DNA of 64,000 bases, from NCBI GenBank assembly GCA_051294905.1, contig CM119378.1, positions 496,001 to 560,000 of the forward strand. The letters are read 5' to 3'. Positions within the stretch are counted from its first letter, which is position 1. Each line of letters opens with the position of its first letter. The notes under the pieces were generated by a model. It did no database searches. It was not told the DNA's origin and saw only the letters and a list, made by a program, of their open reading frames with translations. Of the stretch, positions 1 through 12,329 are shown in pieces. The translations under genes were made by a program, and so were the position numbers. Source of the stretch: Botryllus schlosseri. Taxonomy: Eukaryota.

Positions 1-1010
1 TTACCGTCTTATAGGTCTGCTGCGAAATCGCCTTTGGAAAATATATTACCGAATAAATACGTGGATGAAAGCCTTAAACTTGGTACACTGTTACATGACA
101 TTATCGAGAAGTGGCCTCATGGCCCTTTTCGGTATGGTACACTGTCGAAATTAATGCGAACAGACCAACACCGAATTTTGCGTAAAATTTACTGAGGAAT
201 AGGCTGATCAAGTGATCAGCTGTTAGCCGCCATCGAAAACGAAATAACTATCGCGCTTGACAGGGGGTTGTAAGCAAAGGGCTTGAAGGCCACAATTTCA
301 CGGTGAAATTGACATTGGAGAATATAATATCAAAGTAAATATTTGAAAGCAAACTGAGAATGATATCATCATCTCAGTTAACGTTACCGCAGATACACCG
401 GCTTTTGCGTGAAATCCGCAATGTGTTGTAGGCTAAAGTGTCAGATCGGAGCACATCTTTACCATACTCGACCTTGATAACGAAATTACTGCCCTAATCA
501 TTGAGTGTCAACCTTGAGACTTGGCACAGCGTTCGATACTAAAATCAAGACATACCGTGCAAAAGCTTATGACAGATCTAGGTAAGGAGCATCGTTAAAA
601 TCAATAGAGACCAATACCGGCTTTGCGTATAATCTGTTAGCGATAAATGACGAGTCAGCTCTCACTCGAATTAGGAAACGAAATTACCACTAACACAGTT
701 CAGTGACAAACTTAAAACTTGGTACAGCGTTCGATACTAACATTAAGACTTACCGTGCCAAATGTCATAACCGATCTTAGTATTGAGCATCGTCAAAACC
801 AATGGATACCAATACCGGCTTTTGAGTAAAATCTGTTTGCGATACATGACGGATCAGCACACACTCAACTTCGGAAACGGAATTACTACCCTAAACTTTA
901 AGTAGAAACCCTGAAACTTGGGGCAGTGTTAAATACCACCATCACGACATGACATCACAAGTTTCAAGAGTTTTCATGGTGTGAAACCCCATAAAAATCG
1001 ACCTATACCA
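1..1010. repeat. Degenerate ~200-bp tandem array (about 5 units), probably internal repeats of a DNA transposon or Helitron-type element
   Basis: ACCGGCTTT recurs at ~397, 616 and 814. AAACTTGG(T/C/G)(A/G)CA-like motif recurs at ~77, 517, 715 and 914. Units 2-4 align over most of their length. Confidence 0.6.
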
Positions 1011-2349
1011 GCAAAGGTCGACTTAACGCATATGACGGTAACAGAGTTCAGCTATAGATACGATTGTTACATCACACCTTAAGGGCACAGAGCTATCGTG
1101 CCCCGGTTGCTCGGTAATTTTATGAATAGGAGAGAGTAAATCACCGTTTCTTTATCGGGCGCGGCTTTGAGAGAATAGACAGTGAAAGCTTGTAATGAGC
1201 GCTACCGGGGCAAGCCCCGGCTAGGCATTCGCAAAGCGAAAGCACAGAAGAGAATTCGATTTTCGCAGAGACTTCGCTATATATGGGCATTTACAAGCGA
1301 AAGGACAAGAAGTATACGATTTTCGCTGGGATTTCGGTTTATATAGATAGGTGTGCGTCTATAAATGGTAAAGAATTGTTATTGAGCAGAATTTTAGGTG
1401 GGGCAATGCCCCAGTTGCCCTATAGGACGAGCCGCCACTGCTAATTGCGTAGTTTAGTGAGGCAGCTAGTACTTAGCGAGTCGCTCGCATGTCGTCAACT
1501 GAGACAGCTTGAGCTTTGACTCAAATCGAACATGTTTCCGGGCCTAATCTTACCTCACGAATTTCTGCATCAGTTTGAAATTTGACGTTTTATTTGTGTA
1601 CCAATTGGGCAGCCTTCAACATCTTGCACCTTGAAATTAAGGTATAAAATCCTGATATACCTCGCGGACCGGCAGAAATGTCGTCACGGACCGGCGGTTG
1701 AAAATCACTGGTATAGACGACCTTGAAATTTTGATAATGCAATGTGATATATTTTAAAATGACGTTCTATGCTCGGGCGATTAGACGTCCAGGCTTGCAC
1801 TTGCTTATCGTTGGTGCACACGGCACTAAATTTCGATTTAATTAAAAATTTGGACTCAACATTTTTGAATTATTAAATACACATTAAATTATAATCAGTA
1901 CTTTTCTAATCTATGATGAGGCAAGGGCTGGTTAGTTATGTTGGGTTCTCGATGCTAATTAGTTTCATTAGCTGCATGAGTTGCATTGTACGAAATAAAC
2001 GCATTCAATCGTTCGTGCAGGTGGATTTACATCGTGATTATTATGCTTCTATAATCTGTTATGAAGCAGATTGCAGAACTTCTCGAGTGTGCAGTATGTT
2101 TGGATCGTTTCAAGGAACCAAAAGCGCTACCTTGTCAGCACACATTCTGTCTGAGACCATGCCTGCAAAATATCGTCATAAATAACAGGTGGCTCTTCTT
2201 TATATATGTAGCGTAGCAGCATCAGTACTATAAACAGATTCTGATCCCAAATTTTATAGTGAATAGTCGGGGTACAACGATTAGTTTTCTATAATCTCTC
2301 TTGAAGATGTTGACAATGATCCATGTAACGATAGCGTACCATCGTTGTT

Positions 2350-2670
2350 TAGAAGTACTGCAGCAATTAGAGCTTAATGTCTCTGATGATCTGTATAGAA
2401 GTACAGCTAACCAATCGTCTTGGTGCTCGGCTATACAATACTTATCTCGAGAAGCTGTTGCCTTGGGTGAAGTTCTTCGTACCAGATATATGCTCAATAC
2501 AATGGTTTATTCGACGTTGATGCAGTAGTAGCGTATAGAGTCTCAATCATAATAATCATCTAAAACACTTGTTACAGGCACTTATGTACGAGTCTGGACT
2601 CTCGAGTAATTGCAACAAGAAGTAGTTTCTTATTCGAGACATAGCAAATTATCATGGACGAGTGATCACA
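2350..2670. repeat. Unclassified dispersed repeat, copy 1 (other copies 3904-4236 and 9010-9174 + 16656-16852)
   Basis: Shared blocks such as AACCAATCGTCTT..GGTGCTCGGCTATACAA, CTCAATACAATGGTTTATTC and TATCATGGACGAGTGATC occur in the same order in all three copies. Confidence 0.7.
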
Positions 2671-5047
2671 GCAGAATAGCTGCAGTACCAAGCCATGCGT
2701 GTGATCCTGATGTAAGCCATGCTCTTGGTCTGCTGTGTTTCTTATTTGATTGGCATATTTAGTAATTGTTTACCTTTCTACAGGCATAATTAGTTATTAA
2801 GATCAATGATGTTAGTGTAGGATTGTTGCCGGAATAAATTGGTAAGATTTGCATTGTTAGATAGGACGCAATAGGCTAGTACTGATTCTGTTTTTGTATA
2901 ACTTTTAGTTCACCGTATCACTTCCGTATTTCCACTGCAAAAAGAAGATTCATGCGCCTTGGGCCCTGTGGATAAACGCAGTTCACGCAGGTATCACGCA
3001 GTTCACGCAGGTCACGCAGGTATCACGTAGGTATCACTATAGAGCAGACCTGGGCAAAGTGTGAATTAGCATAAATTATAGAGTATTTTTTGGAAAATTT
3101 ATGCATCTATTCAATTTTTTTTTGCTGTAGGCGTGATTCCATGCTCCCAAATATCTTGATTTTTGGGTACTCATGCATCCCCAAGAAAAAATGCGCATGA
3201 TTTATAGAAATGGGCATTGGGCATATCGGCGTTAGCCTTTACCTTGCCACGACGCACCAAGCGAGGAAACCTTGGCCGAACAGGACTGCCCTTATGCTGA
3301 CCGAAAACGTTATATATACAAAATACTGTCTTGGCAATCATTGAGTAAATTGAGCCGAAACTTCACCGATGGTCTGAAATCGGTCAATCGTTACATAATT
3401 TAGAATGAGAATTGTTCAAAACCCTACAAAAATATTAAAGCGAGTAAAGTATCATATAAATGCTTGTTTCAAGAACAATTTTTCATAGCTTTTTCATTTC
3501 CGTTTTTTGACTAGGATGATGAAATTGCAGAGTACACGGCTTAATATAGGGTTACCATACGTCTTCTTTTTTGAGATTTTGTCCTCTTTATTTGAGATTT
3601 TGTCCTCTTTTTTGAAAATTTAGGTCAGATTTAGAGCAAAATGCGAGTGATATGCCGTAAATTAGCACAGAAGTGACGCTCTGGCGGGTATTTCGGAGTG
3701 AAAAACGGTGACATGAGGTCTGTGCGAAAAGCTGACCTTTTTTTTTAGTCAACCACCTAGCAATGTGGAGGGCTCTGAGCGGAAAGTTGACCTTTTTTTT
3801 TTAGTCAACCGATCACAAAGTGGGAAAAATTCACCGATATTTGAGAATTCTACTCCGGTTTTTCAAGTCTCAAATTTCTGAAAAAGTGTCCTCTTTTTAG
3901 ATTTCTGGCGATCTGTATAAAAGTATAGCTAACCAATCGTCTTGGTGCTCGGCTATACAACACTTATCCGGATATAGCCTGTTACTCTTTATGAAGTTCT
4001 TTGTAACAGATATATGCTCAATACAATGGTTTATTCGAACATTATATAGTAGCATATGAAGTCTCAATCATAATGGTCTCTTACACGTGTTACACTAATA
4101 TACGAGTCTATATGGCTCAGTGGGCTCGAGTCACCACAAGAAGTAGTTTCTTATGCGAGACATCGCAGAATATCATGGACGAGTGATCTCGGGGTCTGTC
4201 GCAATGGGAATGCATAAGTTTGGAATATGGTAGATCGGTGTTTCCCATACTTTTTTGACCCAACGCACCTTGTTAAGCTCAACCTATATTCATCACTAGC
4301 CCTGAAGACAACCTATTTGAAACCAAGAGGTACTCCTTGTGTATATATTAATGAGGATAGCTAGTTACCCATTGCTGCTGCGGTTTACCCGTCCGTTGAT
4401 AAATTTCTCAACTTTGACATTCAGAGTTATATTTTTTTTATAAGGAGCAGAAAATTTATACCGGTAGTACTCTGAATGTCAAAGTAAGGAAATTCAACAT
4501 CGGTACGGTCAACGACAGGAGTAACAGCTGCGCATAGGTCGCCAACAAAAAACGGGTCGCGAGCCACTTTTCAAAATTCGTAGAGCCCGCGGGCTGCATG
4601 ACTTCCATATCGAGATAAAAAAATAGGCAACGCAGTTTACCAACCGCGTTTTGATAACTACGTAAGGGTTGTTCAGTAATGACCGACTTTCAAAAAGTCA
4701 TAGTTTTCAGTCCGTTTCCCATGCCTTTCTCATGAAAGCATATTCTAGCTACTTTTTTTCTGTAACTTGCATCTGTGTGCTTGTTAAGCTGGAAGAAAAC
4801 CGGTTGAACATAGGCGATTCCCCTAAAATTTGAGTACCATTGATCTATGCATGTACCAAATTTTAAAGGATTTGGAAATGGGGTGGTTCCAAATTTTGTT
4901 GTCCAGGTTCGGAATGGCCCCCCACTGTTACCATAGGCCCAATCACGAAACGCGAACTTGACTTCCCATTATTGGATCAGTGAAGTTCCGTCGCCTGCGG
5001 TTACTTTCGGTCAAAATATCTTCGAAGCCGGCCTTATCGGTCTAGAC

Positions 5048-6330
5048 CAGTGGTTCCCAACGTGGGCGATATCGCCCCCCAGGGGGCGATTTCGCGGTCT
5101 AGGGGAGCGAAAATGACGAAGGGGGCGGTAGGGGGGCGAAAATGGACAAAGGGGGCGACGGGGGGCGAAAATAGCGAAGGGGTGATAGGGGGGGCGATGA
5201 CGCGTCAGAACAGGCTGACCTTTTTTTTTTGTTTTTTTGTTTGTTTTAGTCAACCCACGGAAATGGGAACCACTGGGCTATACTGCTCCCATGTTCTGAT
5301 ATCAGATCAATCTTTGTAAAATTATGAATTCCTCCCTATAATTGCGGCACGTCAAACGTTCGTTAGCTGCAAAATGAAAACGCGACAGCTTTTACGATTT
5401 CCTGATGCATTTCTACACTGACATGATGTGTGCAACTAATTATTTTGACAAACCATGCCAAGTAGGCCTACACCAACTATTTTACACAAATATCTAAAAA
5501 ATGTTTTTTTTTTCATGCCAGGCGTGAATTCAAAATACTAAATCACAATTTTACGATGCGTGTAGAATGTCAGTCTGCAAGGTCCCGTCAAATAAGGCCT
5601 GCTTGGAAATACATTGAATTCCCCTATTATTGTTGCGGCGGCCCGCGGCGCCATCAAAAAGTAGGAATTGGCCCGCGAGCACATTTGAGTTTGAGACCTC
5701 TGACCTAGAGGGATGTTACGAAAATATAAGCGACGACATGCTAGAGACCGGTCTTCACAAGACCTATAGCGGACGAAGGAGGCGTGATGAAAACTTTTAT
5801 GTTTTTTTTTCTGCTGAGCGTGGGCGTGACCTTCCCTGATTCGGAATCTTACGTTCCAACAAGTAAGACGAAATCTATCGAATTCATTCATGGTTTCAAT
5901 AATGATGTAAATTCTTTACACTCTAAGTTTAGAAGTGTTGCTCAACCCGGAAAATTGAACACGAAACATGATCCAAAAATTGAACGCCTAGAAGTGTTGC
6001 GAAGTGTTTAAATCAGTGGTTCCCAGCGTGGGCGATATCGCCACCCAGAGGCGATTTGGCGGCCTAGGGGGACGAAAATGACGAAGGGGGCGATAGGGGG
6101 GCGAAAATGAACAAAGGGGGCGAAAATAGCGAAGGGGCGATAGGGGGCGATGACGCGTTAAAGCGGCTATATTTGAGTCAAGTTGGAGAAATGACCTATT
6201 TTTTGTAGTCAACCCGCCGATGATTACAGATTGTATACCGATTTTTCGGTTCACAAAATCTGGGGGGGGGGCGATGATCGGCGTTGAGCGTGAAAAGGGG
6301 CGATGAGTCAAAAAAGGTTGGGAACCACTG
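5048..6330. mobile_element. Pair of hAT (Charlie-like) MITEs, 5048-5275 and 6014-6330, with one shared outer TSD
   Basis: Both copies have CAGTGGTTCCC...GGGAACCACTG ends and GGGGCGA subterminal repeats. GTCTAGAC lies at 5040-5047 and 6331-6338. Confidence 0.8.
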
Positions 6331-6678
6331 GTCTAGACTTAGAGACTGATGATTAAGACAGGCCGGTACCAGTGATCGTGTTTGTGCAACTGCATAATTC
6401 GAGAAGAATATGGTGAAATTGCTTTACATCCTAACCTTTCAGCCCCAGCTGCCACACATTGCAGCACTGGAGAATGGAGTCGATACTATTGTGACTAAAT
6501 TTCAATGAGGATACCAACACCATAATATCATTGAGAATTTCATGCAGGGTGTAGATATTTCACTTGCTATGACACTTGAAAACTGCTAACACATTACTAA
6601 CGTACCAGAAAACATCTTTTGTTGCCATGTCAGAATCTGTTGTTATCAAAATTCAGAATAACAATTAAGAACCAAACA

Positions 6679-7552
6679 ATGATTCCAAATTGTCTTGGAA
6701 GCAGCATATTGAATGCACAATATCAAAACTAGCTCGGTGTGTGGGAATAATGACCCGTCTCCAATCTTTGGTTTCCAGATCAGCGCTACGAACCATCTAC
6801 TTCTCTCTTTTCCACTCTCATCTGCAATATGGAATCGTAGTATGGGGAAATGCATGCACAACATTTTTGTACAGAATTCGAACCCTGCAAAACCGTGCGA
6901 CACGGCTGATCTCATCTGTACCTTTACGTACCAATTTATCGCCTTACTACCGTAAGCATCAAATTTTGCGAGTTGATGAACTATATCGCTTCGAAGTATC
7001 AAAAGTTGTTCACAAATATTTTTCAAATAGTCTGCGTACTGTGTTTGATGACTTTTTCATACCTGCTAAACATGTCCATTCCCATTACACGAGATCCTCG
7101 TCTAAAGGAAACATCTACTTACCCCCACCCAATAGCCACCTAACTAAGAGATCTATCGACTACTCGGGACCTATCATCTGGAATGCATTACCACCACATA
7201 TCCGTGAATTGCCTTATAATAGATTCAAAAAAGCCCTACTTGATCACCTCTTGTCGTTACACTAACACTGTTGCCCTACCTCGCCCAGACATTGCTTCAT
7301 TGATCATTTGCCACCATTGTTTAATTTTTTTTCTATTTTCCTTTAACTAAACATTTCTTTACAGCCAGACTGTTCAGAGTCAAGTGTACCTGTTTGATGC
7401 TGGTGTGATCAGACTAGATGACCTTCACGGTCTTATCGATCATTCCTATCTAATACCGAATACTGTGCACGCATATTTTCTGTACCACCATCACTGCCGT
7501 TTGTTATGTATTTTGGTTCGATGAAAATAAAGACTCTCTCTCTCTCTCTCTC
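6679..7552 (+). mobile_element. 5'-truncated CR1/L2-group LINE (family 2): ORF2 C-terminus, 3' UTR and (TC)n tail
   Basis: ORF 6690-7265 has DSKLSWKQHI, IYFSLFHSHLQYGIVVWG, LQNRA and [11 protein letters not shown], homologous to the end of the 12900-15869 ORF. AATAAA is followed by a (TC)n tail. Confidence 0.9.
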
Positions 7553-7828
7553 TTAGTCAACGGAAAGTATTAAGTCAAGTAAATATGTAGCAAGAGCAAT
7601 ATGAACCATTCAATTAATGTACTATGTGCGTTATGCATCTATTTTTGTTGCAATTTATGAAACTAGGCTGTGATATCGTGACCAATCGGATAAATGTGCT
7701 TAATAGTTGATAACGTCAATGTTTCTTGTCACATAACAAATATATATTCTGAAATATTATTTGTTTGAGTATTCCTGTTATATTGACAATACCAGCTCTG
7801 CAGTTGGATGGTAGAGCAGGGATTTTAC

Positions 7829-8893
7829 CAGTGTTGGGATCAAGTCACTACCTTCGACTCACGAGCCATTTCGAGTCATTGCACATTTTGACTCGAGTCA
7901 AGTCAAGTCAATCGATTTTTGAAGGTGACTCGAGTCGAGTCGAGTCAAGTCATCGGAAAACATGGCGCTCGACAATGGAGACTGACCTAGCGCAACGCGG
8001 GCTGTCGCTTGAAGACGCCCACGACCGCCTACGTTGGAGACGCTTAATACGAGCCTAAAACTGATTATCTTGATGTTTTTTTGTTTCCTGTTTCTTTTGC
8101 CCTTTTCATTTATATTTATCTAATTGAAAAGTCGATATATATATATAAGTCAAGTCACGAGTTAAGTCATAATTTAAGTCAAGTTGCCCTTTCGAAGTAT
8201 GAGGTATGATAACATCATTGCATTTTGCTAGCTAGTTGAAGTATAGATTGAGTGATCATCGATTCTGAACCGATGAACGAATATAGAGTTAAATATACAC
8301 ACAAGAAGGCCCTGTATCGCTCACATAGTGGCATAGCCCCAGTTCATAGTTACCAGTTAAAATAGCGAATAGATGATAGAAAATCGAATTGATTGGATGT
8401 AATACATTACCAATTTACAAAGTGATATGATACAATTCGAGCCTGCGCCAATGGTTGGGTAATATATAAACTATATTCAAATTCAATTTCAATAAAACAA
8501 CAGGTTTGGTAAAGGTAAAAACAGAGAACAGAAATAGACGACTTGCTATTAAATTATTTTATTATATTTTACGGCAAGGTAAGCTGTTTTATTATTTGTT
8601 ATTATTTGTTTTATTATTTGTGAGAGAGCAATGTATAGGCTCAGTAAAACGCACACACACGCGTTTCCACACCACACCAGCGTTCGGCAAACAAACCGAC
8701 AATATGCTAGATACGGTGATTTTTATCGATACCAATTACTTGATAACTTGAAATTGACTCGTGAATTTTGCTCCGATCGAGTCACGAGTCAATCCGCATT
8801 TCTGATACGCCGAGTCAAGTCAAGTCAAGTCAAGTCATTTTAGCAAAGTGACTCGAATCAAGTCAAGTCATGACTCGAGTCATCCCAACACTG
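7829..8893 (-). mobile_element. hAT-type MITE, CAGTGTTGGGAT family (GACTCGAGTC/GACTT-rich)
   Basis: TIR CAGTGTTGGGAT/ATCCCAACACTG. Perfect 8-bp TSD GATTTTAC (7821-7828, 8894-8901). Reverse orientation relative to the copies at 17799 and 30192. Confidence 0.9.
7953..8147 (+). mobile_element. Very short 3' fragment of an RTE-clade LINE inserted in the MITE
   Basis: Encodes RKTWRSTMETDLAQRGLSLEDAHDRLRWRRLIRA*, a typical RTE ORF C-terminus. Has a T-rich UTR and (TA)n tail, flanked by AGTCAAGTCA (7943-7952, 8148-8157). Confidence 0.75.
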
Positions 8894-9625
8894 GATTTTA
8901 CATGGCGTGGAGCATGGGTGTGCAACTGCGCATTGAAGCATCAAGTACCTTGTCATTTGAACCCGTAGTATGTTTCATCAAGCCTCTTTAGAAATCAACT
9001 CTTCAAATACTGGTGCAGCAATTGACGGCTTAATGTCTCTGGCGATCTGTATAAAAGTATAGGTAACCAATCGTCTTAATTGGTGCTCGGCTATACAACA
9101 CTTATCCGGATAAAGCCTGTTGCTCTTGATGAAGTTCTTCGTAACAGATATATCCTCAATACAATGGTTTATTCCAGGGGCGGGCAATTTCTCTAGTCGG
9201 CGGGCCGGATATATGAAAATTAAGTACTTGGCGGGCCGGATTGCTGAATCGATACATTATCCGCCCATTTATCCACATATACAAGGAATATATCGTATTT
9301 AATGAATGTATTTTAACGACCACAATGGCACTTCAAAGCCATTTCTTGCCGATAGTGACGAAGACAATGTGGATTTGAAAATAGCATTGTCATACAGGCG
9401 CAGCCATGTCTGCTTCTATCTGATCAATCAACACACGGTGCAATCATTAATTAAGATTTCACGGCGTTCGATAAGCCCGGTACCCCAAATTTTCCAAGAT
9501 ATCAATTCATTAGGGTTGACTAGGTGACGAGATAGCGTCGTCGTTCAACTGTGTGGCCTCGTTAATCTCGATATTCGATTCATGCAGCCAGCGTCCTCTA
9601 CGAAATTTGAAAAGTAGCCCGCGAC

Positions 9626-10144
9626 TAGGGCTGGGCAAAATCGAGTACCTGAATGATTCGATTCTGAATCACGTAATATGCTTCGAGTCGAGTCGAGTAA
9701 TCGAGTATCACCCATTATGACGTCATAACATAATATAATACGTCAAAGTTCAAATACCTAAATCTTATGCCACCACAAATAATTTAATGCCTGTTATCCG
9801 TCTCATAAAAGATACTTTGGTATTTTTTTTCGACCATACCGATTTCATTTCACTTGGTGATGATGTTGTGGAATAATCATGACTTCGGAAATGTGCTACG
9901 TCCAGTAACCTTTGTAGCTTTGTACCATATGTTTCGTATGCTACGATACAGCCAATCAAGGTTCCAAGGCTTCTTCAGTGAAAATGAGTATCGAAACTAT
10001 AATTCTCGTTGATAAATTAACATTCAGTGGCGAGAAGCGTACAATTTCAGTACTCGAAAAAATCGCCCTCTACTACTCGACTCGAATCATTAAAATTAAT
10101 ACTCGATTCAGATTCGAGTACTCGAATCATTGTGCCCAGCCCTA
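9626..10144 (+). mobile_element. hAT-type MITE, TAGGGCTGGGCA family
   Basis: TIR TAGGGCTGGGCA/TGCCCAGCCCTA. Perfect TSD CCCGCGAC (9618-9625, 10145-10152). Confidence 0.9.
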
Positions 10145-10810
10145 CCCGCGACCCGTTTTGAGTTGGCGACCCCTGGCATAAGCGTTGTCTTTCAAAAGCC
10201 TAGAAGTGTGCCGTGCTACAAGTCGGTGGTTATGGAATCAAAAATAAGAAATGCCAGCCTGGTGTAAATAACCATTGTAGTCGACAAACACCATGATTAC
10301 CACGACTGACATTAGCGTTGAGTATATCGTAAATGCCGATAACGCAAGTCTTCTCGCTTCTACGAACTTACGCGTAAGCTCCACTCTTGCACGCTGCGCA
10401 TACACGTATATAATAACATACAGTCACTAAAATTTGACGTAGTAAGCAAGTGTAACCGCTTGGTTCCGGAGCCATAGTGACTCCGGACTATCTGGTTGCA
10501 AGACCAGTCATGCGTAAGGTAGCATGCGGTATTGGGAAAGAGGAAGTGATTGGAGTTAGTATTTTGTAGGTAGTTGGAATAAGTGTTGCCAATTTAGCGA
10601 TTTTCGCGCTAGATCTAGCGATTTTTCATCCTGTTTAGCGCCAAAAATATGGATCTAGCGCCTAGCGATAAATCTAGCGATTTTTGGAAAAGTATTTAGC
10701 GATTATTTAGCGCTTTTATGCCGAAAATAACTAATAAAGATCAGTTCTGACCGACTAATGCATTGGCTATACCGGCCACCAGAGGCGGACTCTGATGATA
10801 TATAGATAAC

Positions 10811-11283
10811 TAGGGCTGGGCACAGTGATTCGAGTACTCGAATTTAAATCGAGTAATTATTTTAATGATTCGAGTCGAGTAATAAAAGATGATTTTTTCG
10901 AGTACTGAAATTAAACGCCCATCGCCACTGAAATATATTTTATCGACAGGAATTATGGTTTCGATACTATTTTCCACTGGAGAGGCCTTGAAACCTTGAT
11001 TGGCCGTATCACATCATGCGAAACATAGTACAAAGCTATACGAACGATTGTCACAAAGTGAAATGAAGTCGGTAGGGTCGAAATAATACCAAAATATCTT
11101 CAATATGATGGCCAACAGATATTATATTCTTTGTGATGACATAAAAGGAACATATTTGAACCTTGACACCTTATATACTGTTATTACGTAATAATGAGTG
11201 ATACTCGAATACTCGACTTGACTCGAAGAATAATACGTGATTCAGAATCGAATCACTCAGGTACTCGATTTTGCCCAGCCCTA
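10811..11283 (-). mobile_element. hAT-type MITE, TAGGGCTGGGCA family (reverse orientation)
   Basis: Same TIRs as the 9626 copy. Perfect TSD TAGATAAC (10803-10810, 11284-11291). Confidence 0.9.
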
Positions 11284-12123
11284 TAGATAACTAACCTACG
11301 GTTATCTATAGATAGATACGTAACTCCTGGCGGTTACGCATGGGATAACAATGTCTCTTCTTGCTGAGTAATCTAAAAGTAGCGTGGCGAACCGAGCGCT
11401 GAAATTTAATGTAATTGGCCTTGATCTAAAGCTAGTGTCGCAGTGATTCCGAAAACACAAAACAACATCTCGTCAGGACAATGGAACCATGCACCCCGAA
11501 GCAGCCCTTAAAGTCTGAAAACCGGCATTGCTCCAACAATGGCACGTCCGCAACACAATGAACATAACAATGACCAATTTCGTCCAGCCATTGTTCTGAT
11601 CAATGCCGATTTTCAGACCCCGGGGGCTGTTTTGAGGTCGTTCCATTGTCTTGACAAGAATCCAATTCGCATTGTCGTAATCAGTGCGAAACCAGCTTCC
11701 GTTCAAGACCAGATTCATCAAATTTCATATCCCGGGTTGGTACTCGGATTATTTTCTCTACGTATAGTGGCTAGCGAACCCGGTTCAAGTCGTGTTGTGT
11801 CGGGTGAAGTCGCATGTCGTGTACATCTGTACAAGTTTGTCAAGTCGCATGTCGTGTTCAAGTACTCCAACACAGTTTAGAGAAATTGTTTCGACACCTT
11901 CCTATCTTTTCATTGAATCGCAGTCTTGTGATGTTTTGAAACGATGAAAATATTAATAAGCCTGACTAGAGAAGTCAAGCGCATTTCCGCGGTACATCGC
12001 ATCACGTGTTCACCGACGCATCGAGCAAGGCACGCTTATATAGTGAGCGGTTTGGCCTGCAAACCTGGTCAGTATGGTCACGTATAGCGATCATTGCGCA
12101 AAGCGATCTGCTTGATCGAAATG

Positions 12124-12300
12124 CATAACATAACATAACATCGTTGGGTTATAATTTTTATCTGAACAAGTCATACACAATGTACAATGCGATAAGACAC
12201 AATGCGATGTCATGAACAGAATGGAGGATGTTGAACGACACGCATCAGTAGCGATCCTTTACTCCAACATCCACCTCGGCCTAGAGCACTGCAAGTTTTG
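12124..12300 (-). mobile_element. 3' UTR fragment of a related CR1/L2-group LINE (family 3) with (TTATG)n tail
   Basis: The reverse strand reads CTAGGCCGAGGTGGATGTT...TTCAACATCCTCC...ATCGCATT...GATAAAA...(TGTTA)n, colinear with the family-1 3' UTR at 15979-16085. Confidence 0.7.
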
Positions 12301-12329
12301 TCCCGCATAGAGATGACTATGACTATGAA

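Noticed and set aside
11473..11880. Overlapping ORFs inside the 10581 hAT element as a transposase or captured gene
   Set aside because: No BED, DDE or other motif was recognisable; this cannot be supported without a database search.
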